From: Desulfatiglandales bacterium
Lineage (GTDB): Bacteria > Desulfobacterota > DSM-4660 > Desulfatiglandales > HGW-15
Length of the DNA stretch: 64,000 nucleotides
Assembly: GCA_963667015.2 (NCBI GenBank)
Contig: CAXXJJ010000004.1
Span: forward strand, 768,001 to 832,000
Direction: 5' to 3'
Of the stretch, positions 11,927-22,708 are shown one piece after another. The notes under the pieces were generated by a model that was not told where the DNA came from, did no database searches, and saw nothing but the letters and a program-made list of their open reading frames with translations. A program made the translations under genes and the position numbers. The stretch's first letter is position 1. Every line of letters begins with the position of its first letter.

Positions 11927-12451
11927 TTATTCCATCAATTCCACATTCCAGTAAAGGTATTCTCTCCATGTTCTGGGCACATGGGTAAATCCAACAGTCA
12001 GCCTCATAGCCGGCACCCATTTAGGCATTACAGGCTTTTTCATAAGTTTCATGGATGCCTCCCGCGGAGTTTTCCCCCCTTTTTTGCGATTACACTCAAT
12101 GCAGCAGGTTACTATGTTTGTCCATTCAGTCCTGCCGCCTCTTGATTTAGGAAGCACATGGTCATAGGTCAGATCTTCAGGTGGAAATCTTACTCCACAA
12201 TACTGACATTTATATTTGTCCCTGGCATAGATATTTTGCCTTGAAAACTTTACAGGTTTTTTATTTCTCTTTACAAATTTCAACAGGCGGACGACAGAAG
12301 GGAGATTAATGGTAAAACTGACTGAATGTATGCTTCGGCCATACTCTTCAATTATCTCTACCTTTCCCAGGCAGAGCATAGTAATGGCCTTTTGCCAGTG
12401 AATCACCTTTATAGGTTCATAGGAAGTATTTAACAGTAATACCTGATCCAT
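11927..12451 (-). CDS. HNH endonuclease (McrA-like)
   Basis: VLLLNTSYEP N-terminus; RDKYKCQYCG, TYDHVLPKSRGG, WTNIVTCCIECNRKKG. Confidence 0.92.
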   Translation of the reverse strand: MDQVLLLNTSYEPIKVIHWQKAITMLCLGKVEIIEEYGRSIHSVSFTINLPSVVRLLKFVKRNKKPVKFSRQNIYARDKYKCQYCGVRFPPEDLTYDHVLPKSRGGRTEWTNIVTCCIECNRKKGGKTPREASMKLMKKPVMPKWVPAMRLTVGFTHVPRTWREYLYWNVELME

Positions 12452-12565
12452 AGCAGCTACCCGAAATGATCTGCACCGAACGGTTTCAATACCATTGTCA
12501 AATCAGTGCTAGATTCAGTAAGTTACCGGTATAACGCGAAATCCGGCGTGCAATGTTTTTATCTG

Positions 12566-13093
12566 TCAGGCTTCTAGATCTTCTTCTTTTTTAACACTCT
12601 CGCTTTTCACTACGCTTTCTTCAAATTCACGAAAAAACTGGTCTTTCTCCTTCCAGTTTGGTCCAAAATATTTATTAAAATGTACATTCAACTTTTCAAA
12701 AAATGTCAACCAGCTCGGGATAAACTTGTTTTTAACAAGCTCTTCAAGGAAGAAACGAAGTTCCGGCAGGGTTTCTTTGGGAAGGAAAAACACGGCACCC
12801 AGTTGAATTGATTTTTTTAACGCATCGGGTGTAAGTGCGTGGGCAGTCAGCATGACAGTTGGAAATCCTTTTGAAACCGATAGTTTAAGCAGTTCAAAAC
12901 CGTTAACACCCATAATATCAAGAACAACTATGTCATATTTATATTTATTCAGATAATCACAGGCTGTTTCGTAATCTTCGGCCTTATGAAGTATGCACAT
13001 ATACAATTCATCTTCAATGGTCTCCAGAATATCCGGTTCATCGTCTACTATCAGAATCGCCAGGTCGTTTAAGATACTGTCATCAAGCAACAT
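12566..13093 (-). CDS. Response regulator receiver protein
   Basis: ILIVDDEPDI, VLDIMGVNGFELL, VMLTAHA, FLPK. Confidence 0.9.
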   Translation of the reverse strand: MLLDDSILNDLAILIVDDEPDILETIEDELYMCILHKAEDYETACDYLNKYKYDIVVLDIMGVNGFELLKLSVSKGFPTVMLTAHALTPDALKKSIQLGAVFFLPKETLPELRFFLEELVKNKFIPSWLTFFEKLNVHFNKYFGPNWKEKDQFFREFEESVVKSESVKKEEDLEA

Positions 13094-13181
13094 GTAATAC
13101 TGACCTCCTATGTCGACATCCCCTGTTTAAATATACGGGACTAATCCAAACGCGAGATTCGATTTCAGGGTTTGAACAAAT

Positions 13182-13210
13182 AAATTTTACGGTTGCCAGC
13201 CGTAAAATTT
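13182..13210 (-). terminator. Hairpin downstream of glgB, probable terminator
   Basis: AAATTTTACGG-ttgccag-CCGTAAAATTT. Confidence 0.55.
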
Positions 13211-13275
13211 TGAGCTTTATTCTTATCCGATTTTATTAAAGGAATCAAGCCTGGTTTGTTGAATAATTGTGAATT

Positions 13276-15468
13276 TTACTCAGGTTTTAATATAAGCATT
13301 CCAAGAGGAGGAATTGTAAGGTTGAGTGAAAAAGGTCTCCCATGGCATTCTTTTGCTTCTGCAGAGATACCGCCTTTCAGTCCAGTATTTGATCCGCCGA
13401 AATTTTCTGAATCGGAATTAAGAATTTCTTTATAAAAACCTTCTGTCGGAGCCCCGATCCGGTATTTTTCTCTGAGGGCGGGAGTAAAATTAAACACAAA
13501 AATGAGAAGATCATCAGGTTTTCTGCCCCTGCGTATAAATGAAACAACAGAGGAGTCTGCGTCCCTGAAATCAATCCACTCAAACCCCTCGTATGAAAAA
13601 TCGATTTCATGCATGGCAGGTTCGGAATGATACAGCCGGTTGAGTTCTTTTAAATAATCTCTGATTTTTTGATGATTTTCATACTGCAGCAGGTTCCATT
13701 CAAGAGACTGATCGTGGTCCCATTCTCTCCATTGACCTAACTCGCACCCCATAAAAAGCATCTTTTTTCCGGGTTCTCCATACATATATCCAAAAAGAAG
13801 CCTCAGATTGGCAAATTTCTGCCAGTCATCTCCAGGCATTTTTGAAAGCAATGATGCCTTCCCGTGGACCACTTCATCATGAGAAAGGGGAAGTATAAAA
13901 TTTTCATTAAAGGCATATAAAAGGGCGAATGTAAGGTTGTCCATGTGATACCGCCTGTGGACAGGATCCTTTGACATGAAGGTAAGCATATCATGCATCC
14001 AGCCCATATTCCATTTAAACAAAAAGCCCAGGCCTCCCAGATGAACAGGAAGGGTAACTCCGGGCCATGCGGTAGATTCCTCTGCTATAGTTACCACGCC
14101 GGGATATTTTTCATAGATCTTTGTATTCAGGTTTTTAATAAACTCAATTGCATCAAGGTTTTCCCTGCCGCCGTATTTATTGGGTATCCATTCACCTTCC
14201 TCTCTCGAATAATCCAGATAGAGCATGGATGCAACAGCATCAACCCTGAAACCGTCAATATGATATTTATCCAGCCAGAAAAGGGCGTTTGCCACCAGAA
14301 AGTTTTTTACTTCGTTTCTTCCGTAATTAAATATAAGGGTATCCCAGTCCTTGTGCACTCCCTGCCTGGGGTCTTCATGCTCATAGAGGTGAGTCCCGTC
14401 AAAATACTCAAGGGCATAAGAATCTCTTGGAAAATGTGCAGGCACCCAGTCAAGAATAACGCCTATTCCCTCCTGGTGACATTTATCAACAAATGCCATA
14501 AATTCCTCTGGAGTGCCGAATCTTGATGTAACCGCATAATAACCGGTTACCTGATAACCCCATGATCCATCGAAAGGATGTTCTGAAACAGGAAGAAGTT
14601 CAATATAGTCATATCCCATATTTTTAACATAGGGGATCAACTCTTCTGCGGCCTCATTATATGTAAGCCAGCGGTTATCCTCTTCCTGCCTGCGCCGCCA
14701 TGAACCGAGATGGACTTCATATATGGCCATGGGGCTTTCAAGGGGATTGCCAGCCTCCCTGTCGGACATCCATTTTTCATCATTCCAGCTATATTTATCA
14801 AGGTCATGGACAACCGCTGCTGTCCTGGGCCTTTTTTCAAAACGGAATGCAAAGGGATCTGCCTTTGTAAGGATAACATCATCCTGCGTTCGTATCTCAT
14901 ATTTATACAGAAGATCCTGACCCAGATGAGGGACAAATAACTCCCATATACCAGAGGAGCCCCGGCTGCGCATCATATGCCTGCGCCCGTCCCACTGGTT
15001 GAAATCACCTATAACACTTACCCTTTTTGCGGAAGGTGCCCAGACGGCGAAAACCGTGCCGCGGATACCCTGATGTGTAATAACATGGGCCCCGAACTTT
15101 TCATAAATATTGTAATGATTGCCCTGGCCGTATAGATACATGTCATAATCACTCAGTATTGGCATAAAGGAATAGCTGTCATAAAAAGACGAGCTGTTTC
15201 CCCCTGCAAATTCAACATTCAGACGATAGGGATTAATCGGTGTACCCGGTGGAAAATTAACCTCAAAAAGGCCGGTTTTATCAACCTGTACCGGTTCTAC
15301 AGATTTACCATGGCCAAGTCCGGTAACAGATACAGACTTTGCGCCCGGTATAAAACCTCTCACAATCAGGTTATTCTTTTCCAGATGAGGACCAAGAATA
15401 CTGAAAGGGTCTGCAATATTACCGGCTGCGAGGTTTTTTATCTGTTCTGAGCTGAGAGTTGATGTCAA
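13276..15468 (-). CDS. glgB: 1,4-alpha-glucan branching enzyme
   Basis: FAVWAPSA, YEVHLGSW, SWGYQ, DWVPAHFP, RVDAVASMLY, AEEST, LSHDEVVHGK. Confidence 0.97.
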   Translation of the reverse strand: MTSTLSSEQIKNLAAGNIADPFSILGPHLEKNNLIVRGFIPGAKSVSVTGLGHGKSVEPVQVDKTGLFEVNFPPGTPINPYRLNVEFAGGNSSSFYDSYSFMPILSDYDMYLYGQGNHYNIYEKFGAHVITHQGIRGTVFAVWAPSAKRVSVIGDFNQWDGRRHMMRSRGSSGIWELFVPHLGQDLLYKYEIRTQDDVILTKADPFAFRFEKRPRTAAVVHDLDKYSWNDEKWMSDREAGNPLESPMAIYEVHLGSWRRRQEEDNRWLTYNEAAEELIPYVKNMGYDYIELLPVSEHPFDGSWGYQVTGYYAVTSRFGTPEEFMAFVDKCHQEGIGVILDWVPAHFPRDSYALEYFDGTHLYEHEDPRQGVHKDWDTLIFNYGRNEVKNFLVANALFWLDKYHIDGFRVDAVASMLYLDYSREEGEWIPNKYGGRENLDAIEFIKNLNTKIYEKYPGVVTIAEESTAWPGVTLPVHLGGLGFLFKWNMGWMHDMLTFMSKDPVHRRYHMDNLTFALLYAFNENFILPLSHDEVVHGKASLLSKMPGDDWQKFANLRLLFGYMYGEPGKKMLFMGCELGQWREWDHDQSLEWNLLQYENHQKIRDYLKELNRLYHSEPAMHEIDFSYEGFEWIDFRDADSSVVSFIRRGRKPDDLLIFVFNFTPALREKYRIGAPTEGFYKEILNSDSENFGGSNTGLKGGISAEAKECHGRPFSLNLTIPPLGMLILKPE

Positions 15469-15495
15469 TATGTATCCTTTTTATAAATCGTTTTC

Positions 15496-15580
15496 GGACA
15501 GACACTCAGGTCTGCCACTACAGTTTTTGATGTCTTAAGATTTCAACCTTAAACCTTTAACCTCAAACCGTAAACCTTTC
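15496..15580. repeat. Degenerate GTAG-type REP plus heptamer tandem repeat between glgB and glgP
   Basis: ggacagacactcaggtctgccactac hairpin followed by accttaa accttta acctcaa accgtaa acc. Confidence 0.6.
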
Positions 15581-15583
15581 TTT

Positions 15584-18136
15584 TTACGCCCACGCAACAA
15601 GACCCATAACAAACGGATTTTCAAGTCTCTTTTTGCTGGCCATTACCCGTACCGTGTACCCGAACCGCCCAGTGCCGGAGCAATCAACATCTCCTTTAAA
15701 GATATGGACACCCTGATCAAGGCTCACGGGAAGAAGCTCCTTTGTCTCCCGTTCTTTAAACTCACCTTTGTGATCAAGCCTTCCGAAATATGCCTCCACC
15801 GTTACATCGTCCGGTGTTAATTCACCTAGAACAACCTTTGCGGTGACCTCAAGTTTGTCGCCAATGGGTATATCCCTGCCCTCATCCGATATGACCTCCA
15901 GCACGGACACACTGTTCCAGCCGGTCATTACCTTCTGTCTCCATGAGGCAAGAGATTTTGTTTCTGAAAAATCATTATCGCTAAGCCTGTTATATCTTGT
16001 GGAACAGGGAAGATAAAAACGATCTGTATATTCCTGTACCATTCGGTGGGAATTAAAGACAGGTACAAGATCGCGAAGACCGGCCTTCATTTTTTCTATC
16101 CAGCCCCTGGGAAGCTCATCATTTCCGCGCCTGTAAAAGAGTGGAACGACTTCCTTTTCAAGAAGGTTGTACAGATCGCGGCTTTCAATATCGTCCTGAG
16201 CCTGATGATCATTATACTCCTCCCCTTTTCCGATTGCCCACCCATAATCACTCTTATAACCTTCATCCCACCATCCGTCGAGCACGCTGAGATTTAAAGA
16301 TCCGTTTGCAAGGGCCTTCATGCCGCTTGTCCCGCAGGCTTCTAGGGGCCGCCTCGGGGTATTGAGCCAAATATCAGTTCCCGAAACCATAATATGGGCA
16401 ATATGTGAATTATAATCTTCAAGAAAAACAATGCGCCGTCTAAAACGTTCTTCACTGGCATAATGTGTTATTGTTTTTATAAACTCCTTACCTTCATTAT
16501 CCTGTGGATGGGCCTTACCTGCGATTATAATCTGAACAGGAAAATCCGGATTATTTAAAATTTTAGCAAGCCTGTCAGGATTTTTAAAAAGAAGAGTGGC
16601 GCGTTTATATGTTGCAAAACGCCGTGCAAAACCTATTGTCATTGCATCCGGTGTAAACACATCATTTACCCTCAGTATTTCAGCGGGAGTTGCCCCCCGT
16701 CTTCTCATCTGGTCCGCCAGCAGACGTCGTGAAAAGGCAACCAGGTGGTCTCTGCACCTTTCATGATAACGCCATATTTCTGTATTCGGAATCTGCTCTA
16801 TCTGCCTCCATACCCTCTCGTTATCGGGGTCTTCAGCCCAGTCCGGCCCCAGGTACCTGTCAAAGAGGGACGACTTTTCACTGGCGATCCAAGTCGGCAC
16901 ATGGATTCCGTTTGTCACATAATCTATAGGGATATCTTCTTCAGGATGACGCGGCCATACCCTCTGCCACATGGAGCGTGACACCCTTCCATGGAGTCGG
17001 CTAACACCGTTTGCGTGTGAAGAAAGCCTTAACGCAAGGGGACTCATTCCGAATTTTTCATCCTCATTTCGAGGATCAATTTTGCCGTACCCCAGAAGAA
17101 CCCTGAAATTAATACCCAGTTCCTTGGCATACTCCTCGAAATAGCTCCTGACAAGGGCAGTATCAAATGCATCATTACCTGCCGGAACAGGGGTATGAGT
17201 TGTAAAAACAGTTGTAGCTATTACCAGTTCCCTTGCCTCATCAAAGGTAAGTCCCTTTTCCTTCCTGAACAGATTTATTCTTTCGAGCGCTGAAAAGGCC
17301 GAATGGCCTTCATTCATGTGTATTACAGTGGGATCTATGCCCAGGGCCTTTAGTGCCCTTATACCGCCTATTCCAAGGACTATTTCCTGCCTGATCCTCA
17401 TTTCCCAGTCACCGCCATAGAGCTGTGCAGTTGTTCGGCGAACTTCAGGCGAATTACTCGGCAGGTTGGTATCAAGAAGATAAAGAGGTACACGGCCGAC
17501 ATCCACACGCCATACAAGAATGTTTACCTTCTCTCCTTTAAAATCCACTGAAACCTGTACCGGCTTTCCATCGCCGTCTCTTATAAGTTTTACGGGCATG
17601 TTATTAAAGTCATTAACCGGGTAAGTCTCCATCTGCCACCCGTCACTACTCAGGTACTGGCTGAAATAACCTTCCTGATACAAAAGGCCTACACCGACTA
17701 GCGGAATATTAAGATCGCTGGCTGACTTAAGGTGGTCACCGGCAAGTATTCCAAGACCTCCCGAATATATGGGGAGGCATCCGGCAAGACCAAATTCTGC
17801 TGAAAAATAAGCGACCCTGAATTCTTTTTCAGGAGAGTAGTCCCCGGCCTTTATCCTGGGGCGGGAAAGATATCTGTCAAAATCCTGAGATATCCTCTCA
17901 AGTTGAGCCGTAAAGCCCTGGTCCCTGGATAATTCCTCAAGTCTGTCCTGACTGACAAGCCCGAGCATAAGAATAGGATTATGTTTACAGTCTGTCCAGA
18001 GCCCCGGATCAATCCTTTGGAAGAGGTCTCTGATTTCTCCCCGCCAGCTGAAACGAATGTTGTAGGCGAGTTTTCGCAATGCTTCAAGGGCTTCGGGTAT
18101 ATTGGGAACAACATTATACTTTTTTTTGGGTTTCAT
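15584..18136 (-). CDS. glgP: Alpha-glucan (glycogen) phosphorylase
   Basis: YSGGLGILAGD, HMNEGH, GFARRFATYKR, EACGTSGMK PLP-lysine motif. Confidence 0.96.
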   Translation of the reverse strand: MKPKKKYNVVPNIPEALEALRKLAYNIRFSWRGEIRDLFQRIDPGLWTDCKHNPILMLGLVSQDRLEELSRDQGFTAQLERISQDFDRYLSRPRIKAGDYSPEKEFRVAYFSAEFGLAGCLPIYSGGLGILAGDHLKSASDLNIPLVGVGLLYQEGYFSQYLSSDGWQMETYPVNDFNNMPVKLIRDGDGKPVQVSVDFKGEKVNILVWRVDVGRVPLYLLDTNLPSNSPEVRRTTAQLYGGDWEMRIRQEIVLGIGGIRALKALGIDPTVIHMNEGHSAFSALERINLFRKEKGLTFDEARELVIATTVFTTHTPVPAGNDAFDTALVRSYFEEYAKELGINFRVLLGYGKIDPRNEDEKFGMSPLALRLSSHANGVSRLHGRVSRSMWQRVWPRHPEEDIPIDYVTNGIHVPTWIASEKSSLFDRYLGPDWAEDPDNERVWRQIEQIPNTEIWRYHERCRDHLVAFSRRLLADQMRRRGATPAEILRVNDVFTPDAMTIGFARRFATYKRATLLFKNPDRLAKILNNPDFPVQIIIAGKAHPQDNEGKEFIKTITHYASEERFRRRIVFLEDYNSHIAHIMVSGTDIWLNTPRRPLEACGTSGMKALANGSLNLSVLDGWWDEGYKSDYGWAIGKGEEYNDHQAQDDIESRDLYNLLEKEVVPLFYRRGNDELPRGWIEKMKAGLRDLVPVFNSHRMVQEYTDRFYLPCSTRYNRLSDNDFSETKSLASWRQKVMTGWNSVSVLEVISDEGRDIPIGDKLEVTAKVVLGELTPDDVTVEAYFGRLDHKGEFKERETKELLPVSLDQGVHIFKGDVDCSGTGRFGYTVRVMASKKRLENPFVMGLVAWA

Positions 18137-18165
18137 GGCATTGCCTCACAATAAAGGAGTTTATT

Positions 18166-19440
18166 TTAATTAACAAGATCATCCTGTGTTACAACTGTAA
18201 TACCCCGAGAGGTTACTGTAAAACGTTCCCTGTCCTTCATCGGATCAAATCCTATTTCCATATGATGGGGGATTCTGACTCCCTCGCTTATTATGGCCTT
18301 TTTTATCTTGGCATACCTGCCTATTACAACATTTTCCATTACCACCGACTCCTCGACGCTCGCCCAGCTCTGGACCAATACATTGTATGAGAGTACGCTG
18401 TTCCGGACTGTTCCTCCGCTGAGTATTGAACCATGGGCAACAAGAGAATCAAGAGACATACCCATCCTCGGATTACCACCGTTACTCTGTGAAAAGACCG
18501 ATTTAACCGGAGGAAACTGCCTCTGGTTGGTACGTAAGGGCCACATTCTGCCGTACATGTTAAAATAGGGGTCGACCCCGGTAAGGTCCATATTTGCATT
18601 CCAGTAGGCATCGAGGGTACCGACATCTCGCCAATAACCTGAATCCCGGGCCCTTTCCTCAAAAATCTCGCTCCTGTTTCCTTCCTCATCAGTGGTGAGT
18701 ATCCTGTCGGCGATACGGTTCTGTTTTTTGTATGGATAGGCCATAACCTTCATTTTATCCAGGATATCAGGGAGAATATCATGTCCAAAATCTGGCCGTT
18801 CATCCTGCTTCAGGATATCGAGCAGCACTTTTGCCTTAAAAATGTATATACCCATTGAGGCAAGTATTCTTGAACTGTCGTTTGGAATAGTGGTGGGATT
18901 TTTGGGTTTTTCCTGAAAACCGGTAACCCTGTACATATCATCCACTTCAAGTACACCGTATTCCCTGGACAGTTCCTTTCTTGCCTCGATGACAGATACG
19001 GTTACATCGGCATTATTGGCATCATGGTATTCCCTGAAAAGGGTATAGTCCATCTTGCATACGTGATCACCGGAAAGGATCAGGATGTGATCAGGATTCT
19101 CCTGCTCAATGAGATGTATGTTCTGACGTATGGAGTCTGCGGTTCCCTGGTACCACTTTTCGCCAGCCATCATCTGTGGAGGAGCTATCTTTAGATAATG
19201 CCCAAGGTCATGACTGAAGATATTCCATCCCTGTTCAAGGTGCTGCATAAGAGTCTGGGACTTATACTGGGGGAGTACGATAATCTTATATATTCCTGAA
19301 TTAATACAATTGGAAAGGGTCAGGTCAATAAGCTGGTATATCCCGCCAAAGGGAATAGCAGGTTTTGACCTGTTTTTTGTTAACGGCATCAGGCGTTCAC
19401 CTTTGCCGCCTGCCATGATTACTGCAAGAGATTTTTTCAT
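18166..19440 (-). CDS. glgC: Glucose-1-phosphate adenylyltransferase
   Basis: MAGGKGERLMPLT..RSKPAIPFGG, WYQGTAD, ILSGDH, YWRDVGT; start at MKKSLAV. Confidence 0.95.
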   Translation of the reverse strand: MKKSLAVIMAGGKGERLMPLTKNRSKPAIPFGGIYQLIDLTLSNCINSGIYKIIVLPQYKSQTLMQHLEQGWNIFSHDLGHYLKIAPPQMMAGEKWYQGTADSIRQNIHLIEQENPDHILILSGDHVCKMDYTLFREYHDANNADVTVSVIEARKELSREYGVLEVDDMYRVTGFQEKPKNPTTIPNDSSRILASMGIYIFKAKVLLDILKQDERPDFGHDILPDILDKMKVMAYPYKKQNRIADRILTTDEEGNRSEIFEERARDSGYWRDVGTLDAYWNANMDLTGVDPYFNMYGRMWPLRTNQRQFPPVKSVFSQSNGGNPRMGMSLDSLVAHGSILSGGTVRNSVLSYNVLVQSWASVEESVVMENVVIGRYAKIKKAIISEGVRIPHHMEIGFDPMKDRERFTVTSRGITVVTQDDLVN

Positions 19441-19904
19441 TTTCAAACGCCCCGGTTTTTGTTCAAGAAAAAGATACAGTGTGATGGGAATATCAGAAAG
19501 CCTGGTTATATCTGATATTGATTTACCGGTCACCAGTTCTTCAACAATAAACGATAACTTAATTTTCTTCGGTTGTAATATATCTTCAGGCTATTGAACA
19601 CCTGAACTGGAATGTAAATATTTATAACCCTCTTATCGGTGTATTCTCAATTTTCTAAAGTTTTAATTATAGTTTTCATAAAGATAACACGTCAATTAAA
19701 AATGTATTTATTATTTTATTTACGGACTGGAATTGGGCATTGAATGATGGATATCGAGTGCCGGATGTTCAATCTTTTCGTTTTACAGATCATATTTTAT
19801 AATCAATCATATAGATTTAACTTGAAAGAACAATAAAATATTCCTATTCTAATAAATTGAAAATCAGGTATATAAGACTGTAACCAACTCAGGAGATTAG
19901 AACA

Positions 19905-21005
19905 ATGTTAAAAATAGGCTTTATCGGTTGGCGAGGCATGGTTGGCTCCGTGCTTATGGAAAGAATGATTCAGGAAAAAGATTTTCATGATTATGAAGCG
20001 ATCTTTTTTACAACATCCAATGTGGGCGGAGAAGGCCCTGATGTAGGGATGGATATTCCTGAATTAAAGGATGCCTATGATCTTGATCTTCTCTCATCAC
20101 TCGATATAGCAGTTACCTGCCAGGGAGGAGACTATACCAAAAAGGTATATCCTGAACTAAGGTCAAAAGGTTGGAACGGATACTGGATTGATGCGGCCTC
20201 TGCCCTGAGGATGGAAGATGACAGCATTATAGTTCTTGATCCTGTAAACCGTGATGTAATAGATAATGGGCTTTCATCCGGTATCAAATCATATATAGGC
20301 GGCAACTGCACGGTAAGCCTCATGCTGATGGGCGTTGGAGGGCTTTTTGCCAATGACATGGTGGAATGGATTTCTAGCATGACATACCAGGCAGCATCAG
20401 GGGCCGGTGCAAACAACATGAAAGAGCTTGTAGCCCAGATGGCTGCCATTGGTGCACTTCATGATCCTGCCAAATCAGCTATTGAACTGGACAGACATAT
20501 CATTAATGAAATGAGGGGAGAAGCCCATCCAACAGGATATTTTGGAGCGCCCCTGGCAGGAAGCCTCATACCATGGATAGATGCGGCAATGGAATCCGGC
20601 CAGACCAAAGAAGAATGGAAAGGCTATGCAGAAACGAACAAGATTCTCGGGACCAGAGAACCAATCCCTGTCGATGGTTTATGTGTAAGGATAGGTGCAA
20701 TGCGCTGCCACAGCCAGGGGTTTACAATAAAACTTAAAAAGGATGCGCCGCTTGATGAGCTGACAGACATGATCGCCCATTCAAATGACTGGGCAAAAGT
20801 TGTCCCTAACGACAAGGCGTCAACCCTGGCGCTCCTGTCACCTGCAGCAGTCAGCGGCACACTTACAGTGCCGGTTGGCAGGATCAGAAAAATGAAAATG
20901 GGACCTGACTACCTGGCAGCCTTTAGTGTGGGTGACCAGCTTCTGTGGGGTGCAGCAGAGCCAATTAGAAGAATATTGAATATTGTTATTGAACATCTGA
21001 GTTAG
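19905..21005 (+). CDS. asd: Aspartate-semialdehyde dehydrogenase
   Basis: [41 protein letters not shown]. Confidence 0.97.
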   Translation: MLKIGFIGWRGMVGSVLMERMIQEKDFHDYEAIFFTTSNVGGEGPDVGMDIPELKDAYDLDLLSSLDIAVTCQGGDYTKKVYPELRSKGWNGYWIDAASALRMEDDSIIVLDPVNRDVIDNGLSSGIKSYIGGNCTVSLMLMGVGGLFANDMVEWISSMTYQAASGAGANNMKELVAQMAAIGALHDPAKSAIELDRHIINEMRGEAHPTGYFGAPLAGSLIPWIDAAMESGQTKEEWKGYAETNKILGTREPIPVDGLCVRIGAMRCHSQGFTIKLKKDAPLDELTDMIAHSNDWAKVVPNDKASTLALLSPAAVSGTLTVPVGRIRKMKMGPDYLAAFSVGDQLLWGAAEPIRRILNIVIEHLS

Positions 21006-21182
21006 GATTTACATGCAGGATATTAGTCATCTCTCTGCAAATTGAAATGAAATTATTTTATATAATTGATATATTTTTCATAGATCAATATTGATAAAGC
21101 AAATGTATTGTGTTATGCAATACGCCTCTTATCTCACGAAAATTTTCAGCTTTCTAACTGAAATGCTGATTGACTGGACCAT

Positions 21183-21280
21183 GGAAGTGGAAAGCTCACT
21201 GGTGGGGCTCCCGGACTTCAAATCCGGTGCAACGGGCTAAAACCTCGTTGGGTGGGTTCGATTCCCATGCACTTCCGCCA
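21183..21280 (+). tRNA. selC: tRNA-Sec (anticodon UCA); prophage integration site
   Basis: GGAAGTG...CACTTCC-G-CCA acceptor, CCGGA-CTTCAAA-TCCGG anticodon arm, long variable arm CAACGGG/CCTCGTTG, GTGGG-TTCGATT-CCCAT T arm; 98 nt. Confidence 0.95.
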
Positions 21281-21411
21281 TAATAATATCAATAAGTTAC
21301 GCTCTTTTCTCACTAGAATATATTCTTTTATAAAAACTTTTTGACGATCAAAAACCGTCAAAAAGTGTCAATTTTAGTGCAAAATCCATTGCAATTTCAT
21401 TGCAAAACATA

Positions 21412-22476
21412 TCACTTTGATTTTGGTAACGGGATAGGTCCGTAATTGACTTTTTCGCTGGCCTCTCTCAGGTGATCCGGAGCCAGCTTGGTGTATATCT
21501 GGGTGGACGCCATGGATTTATGACGCATTAATTTCTGGATAGTTGCTTCCCGTTCACCCTCCAGGGCCAGGTGCGCACCAAAGGTATGCCGTAGATCATG
21601 AAAGCGCCCCTGTGGGTAGCCTGCTGCCCTGGCTGCCTTCTTAAACTTCTTTGATATCGTCTGACGGGCTTCAAACCTGAAAACCTTATCCCCTCCCCTT
21701 TCAATGCATCTATCCAGTACTGCCCTGCCCCCCTTATTTATGGGGATACGCGCCTCTGTTTTATTCTTTTGCTCAGACGTTATCCTGAGATATCCCTCCG
21801 GGTTGTCTATATCCTCAAACCGCAGCCTTACCAACTCGCTGTTTCTGAGACCTTCATAGGCAGCCAGCAAACAGAGGTCAACAAACTCCAGGTCGTCAAT
21901 TTTTGCGATTATTTTAACCAGATCTTTCGATGTAAAGTAACGTAGTTTTTCCTCTTCCTGCAGGCGGGAAGGCCATTTAAAAGGCTCGGGCATCTTATAC
22001 CATTCAAAAAACTTTTTAAGAGCTGCTTTTACATGCCGGTAGTTTTTGTTTACTGTGGGTATTGCCAGGCCCGCTTTGACCATATCCGTGGTAAGCCGGT
22101 CAATATGCCTCGGTGTTAAATCTGTCAGGATGATATTTCCCCATGATTCCTTGGCCTTTTTCAGGGCTGTCTCATAACATTCAAACGTACCGGATGAGGA
22201 CCTAACTTCGATATATTCCAAAAATTCATCAATAAAAGGGTCAAGTTTTTTAGATATACCTTTCCGGATAGGTTTGACTTTCCCGGCCCGCAAGTCGTTT
22301 TTCAAGAGCTGCAGGCGGCGTTTTGCCTGTGTTTCATCCTTGGTTTTAAGTGATTTCTGGCGGGTGTTGCCGTTTTCAGGCCATACAGCATACCAGATAC
22401 CATTATCTCGTTGCCATAGTTTCATGCAAGAGACATACGAGAATTGCTTTATTTTGTCAATATTTGTCGGATTCAA
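21412..22476 (-). CDS. int: Phage tyrosine integrase (start may be MKLWQR at 22425)
   Basis: EGLRNSEL, FHDLRHTFG, LMRHKSMASTQIY catalytic R-HxxR-H-Y. Confidence 0.93.
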   Translation of the reverse strand: MNPTNIDKIKQFSYVSCMKLWQRDNGIWYAVWPENGNTRQKSLKTKDETQAKRRLQLLKNDLRAGKVKPIRKGISKKLDPFIDEFLEYIEVRSSSGTFECYETALKKAKESWGNIILTDLTPRHIDRLTTDMVKAGLAIPTVNKNYRHVKAALKKFFEWYKMPEPFKWPSRLQEEEKLRYFTSKDLVKIIAKIDDLEFVDLCLLAAYEGLRNSELVRLRFEDIDNPEGYLRITSEQKNKTEARIPINKGGRAVLDRCIERGGDKVFRFEARQTISKKFKKAARAAGYPQGRFHDLRHTFGAHLALEGEREATIQKLMRHKSMASTQIYTKLAPDHLREASEKVNYGPIPLPKSK

Positions 22477-22708
22477 AATAGGAGTCTATCGATTCACGGT
22501 CAACTTTCCATTGACCGGCCTTTTTAGCATATATCAGACCTTCGGCTATCCATTTTTTGATGGTATTAACAGAGCTGACTTTAGCGTACTGCATTGCCTC
22601 TTCAAGTGTCAGCCATCTGCCCTGCACCTGATCGACTGCCAGGATAGATTTAACCTGCTTTGCTATTAGATCCGCCAGAGCTTCGAGTTCTGAGTGTGTT
22701 ACTTCCAT
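22457..22708 (-). CDS. xis: Excisionase-like HTH_17 protein
   Basis: WLTLEEAMQYAKVSSVNTIKKWIAEGLIYAKKAGQWKVDRESID; overlaps int. Confidence 0.85.
   Translation of the reverse strand: MEVTHSELEALADLIAKQVKSILAVDQVQGRWLTLEEAMQYAKVSSVNTIKKWIAEGLIYAKKAGQWKVDRESIDSYFESDKY

Noticed and set aside
12483..12519. CRISPR-repeat-like end (..CTGATTTGACAATGGTATTGAAAC on the minus strand) upstream of the HNH gene
   Set aside because: Single copy, no spacer periodicity, no cas genes, 5' end atypical. It would only matter if it matched a host CRISPR repeat.
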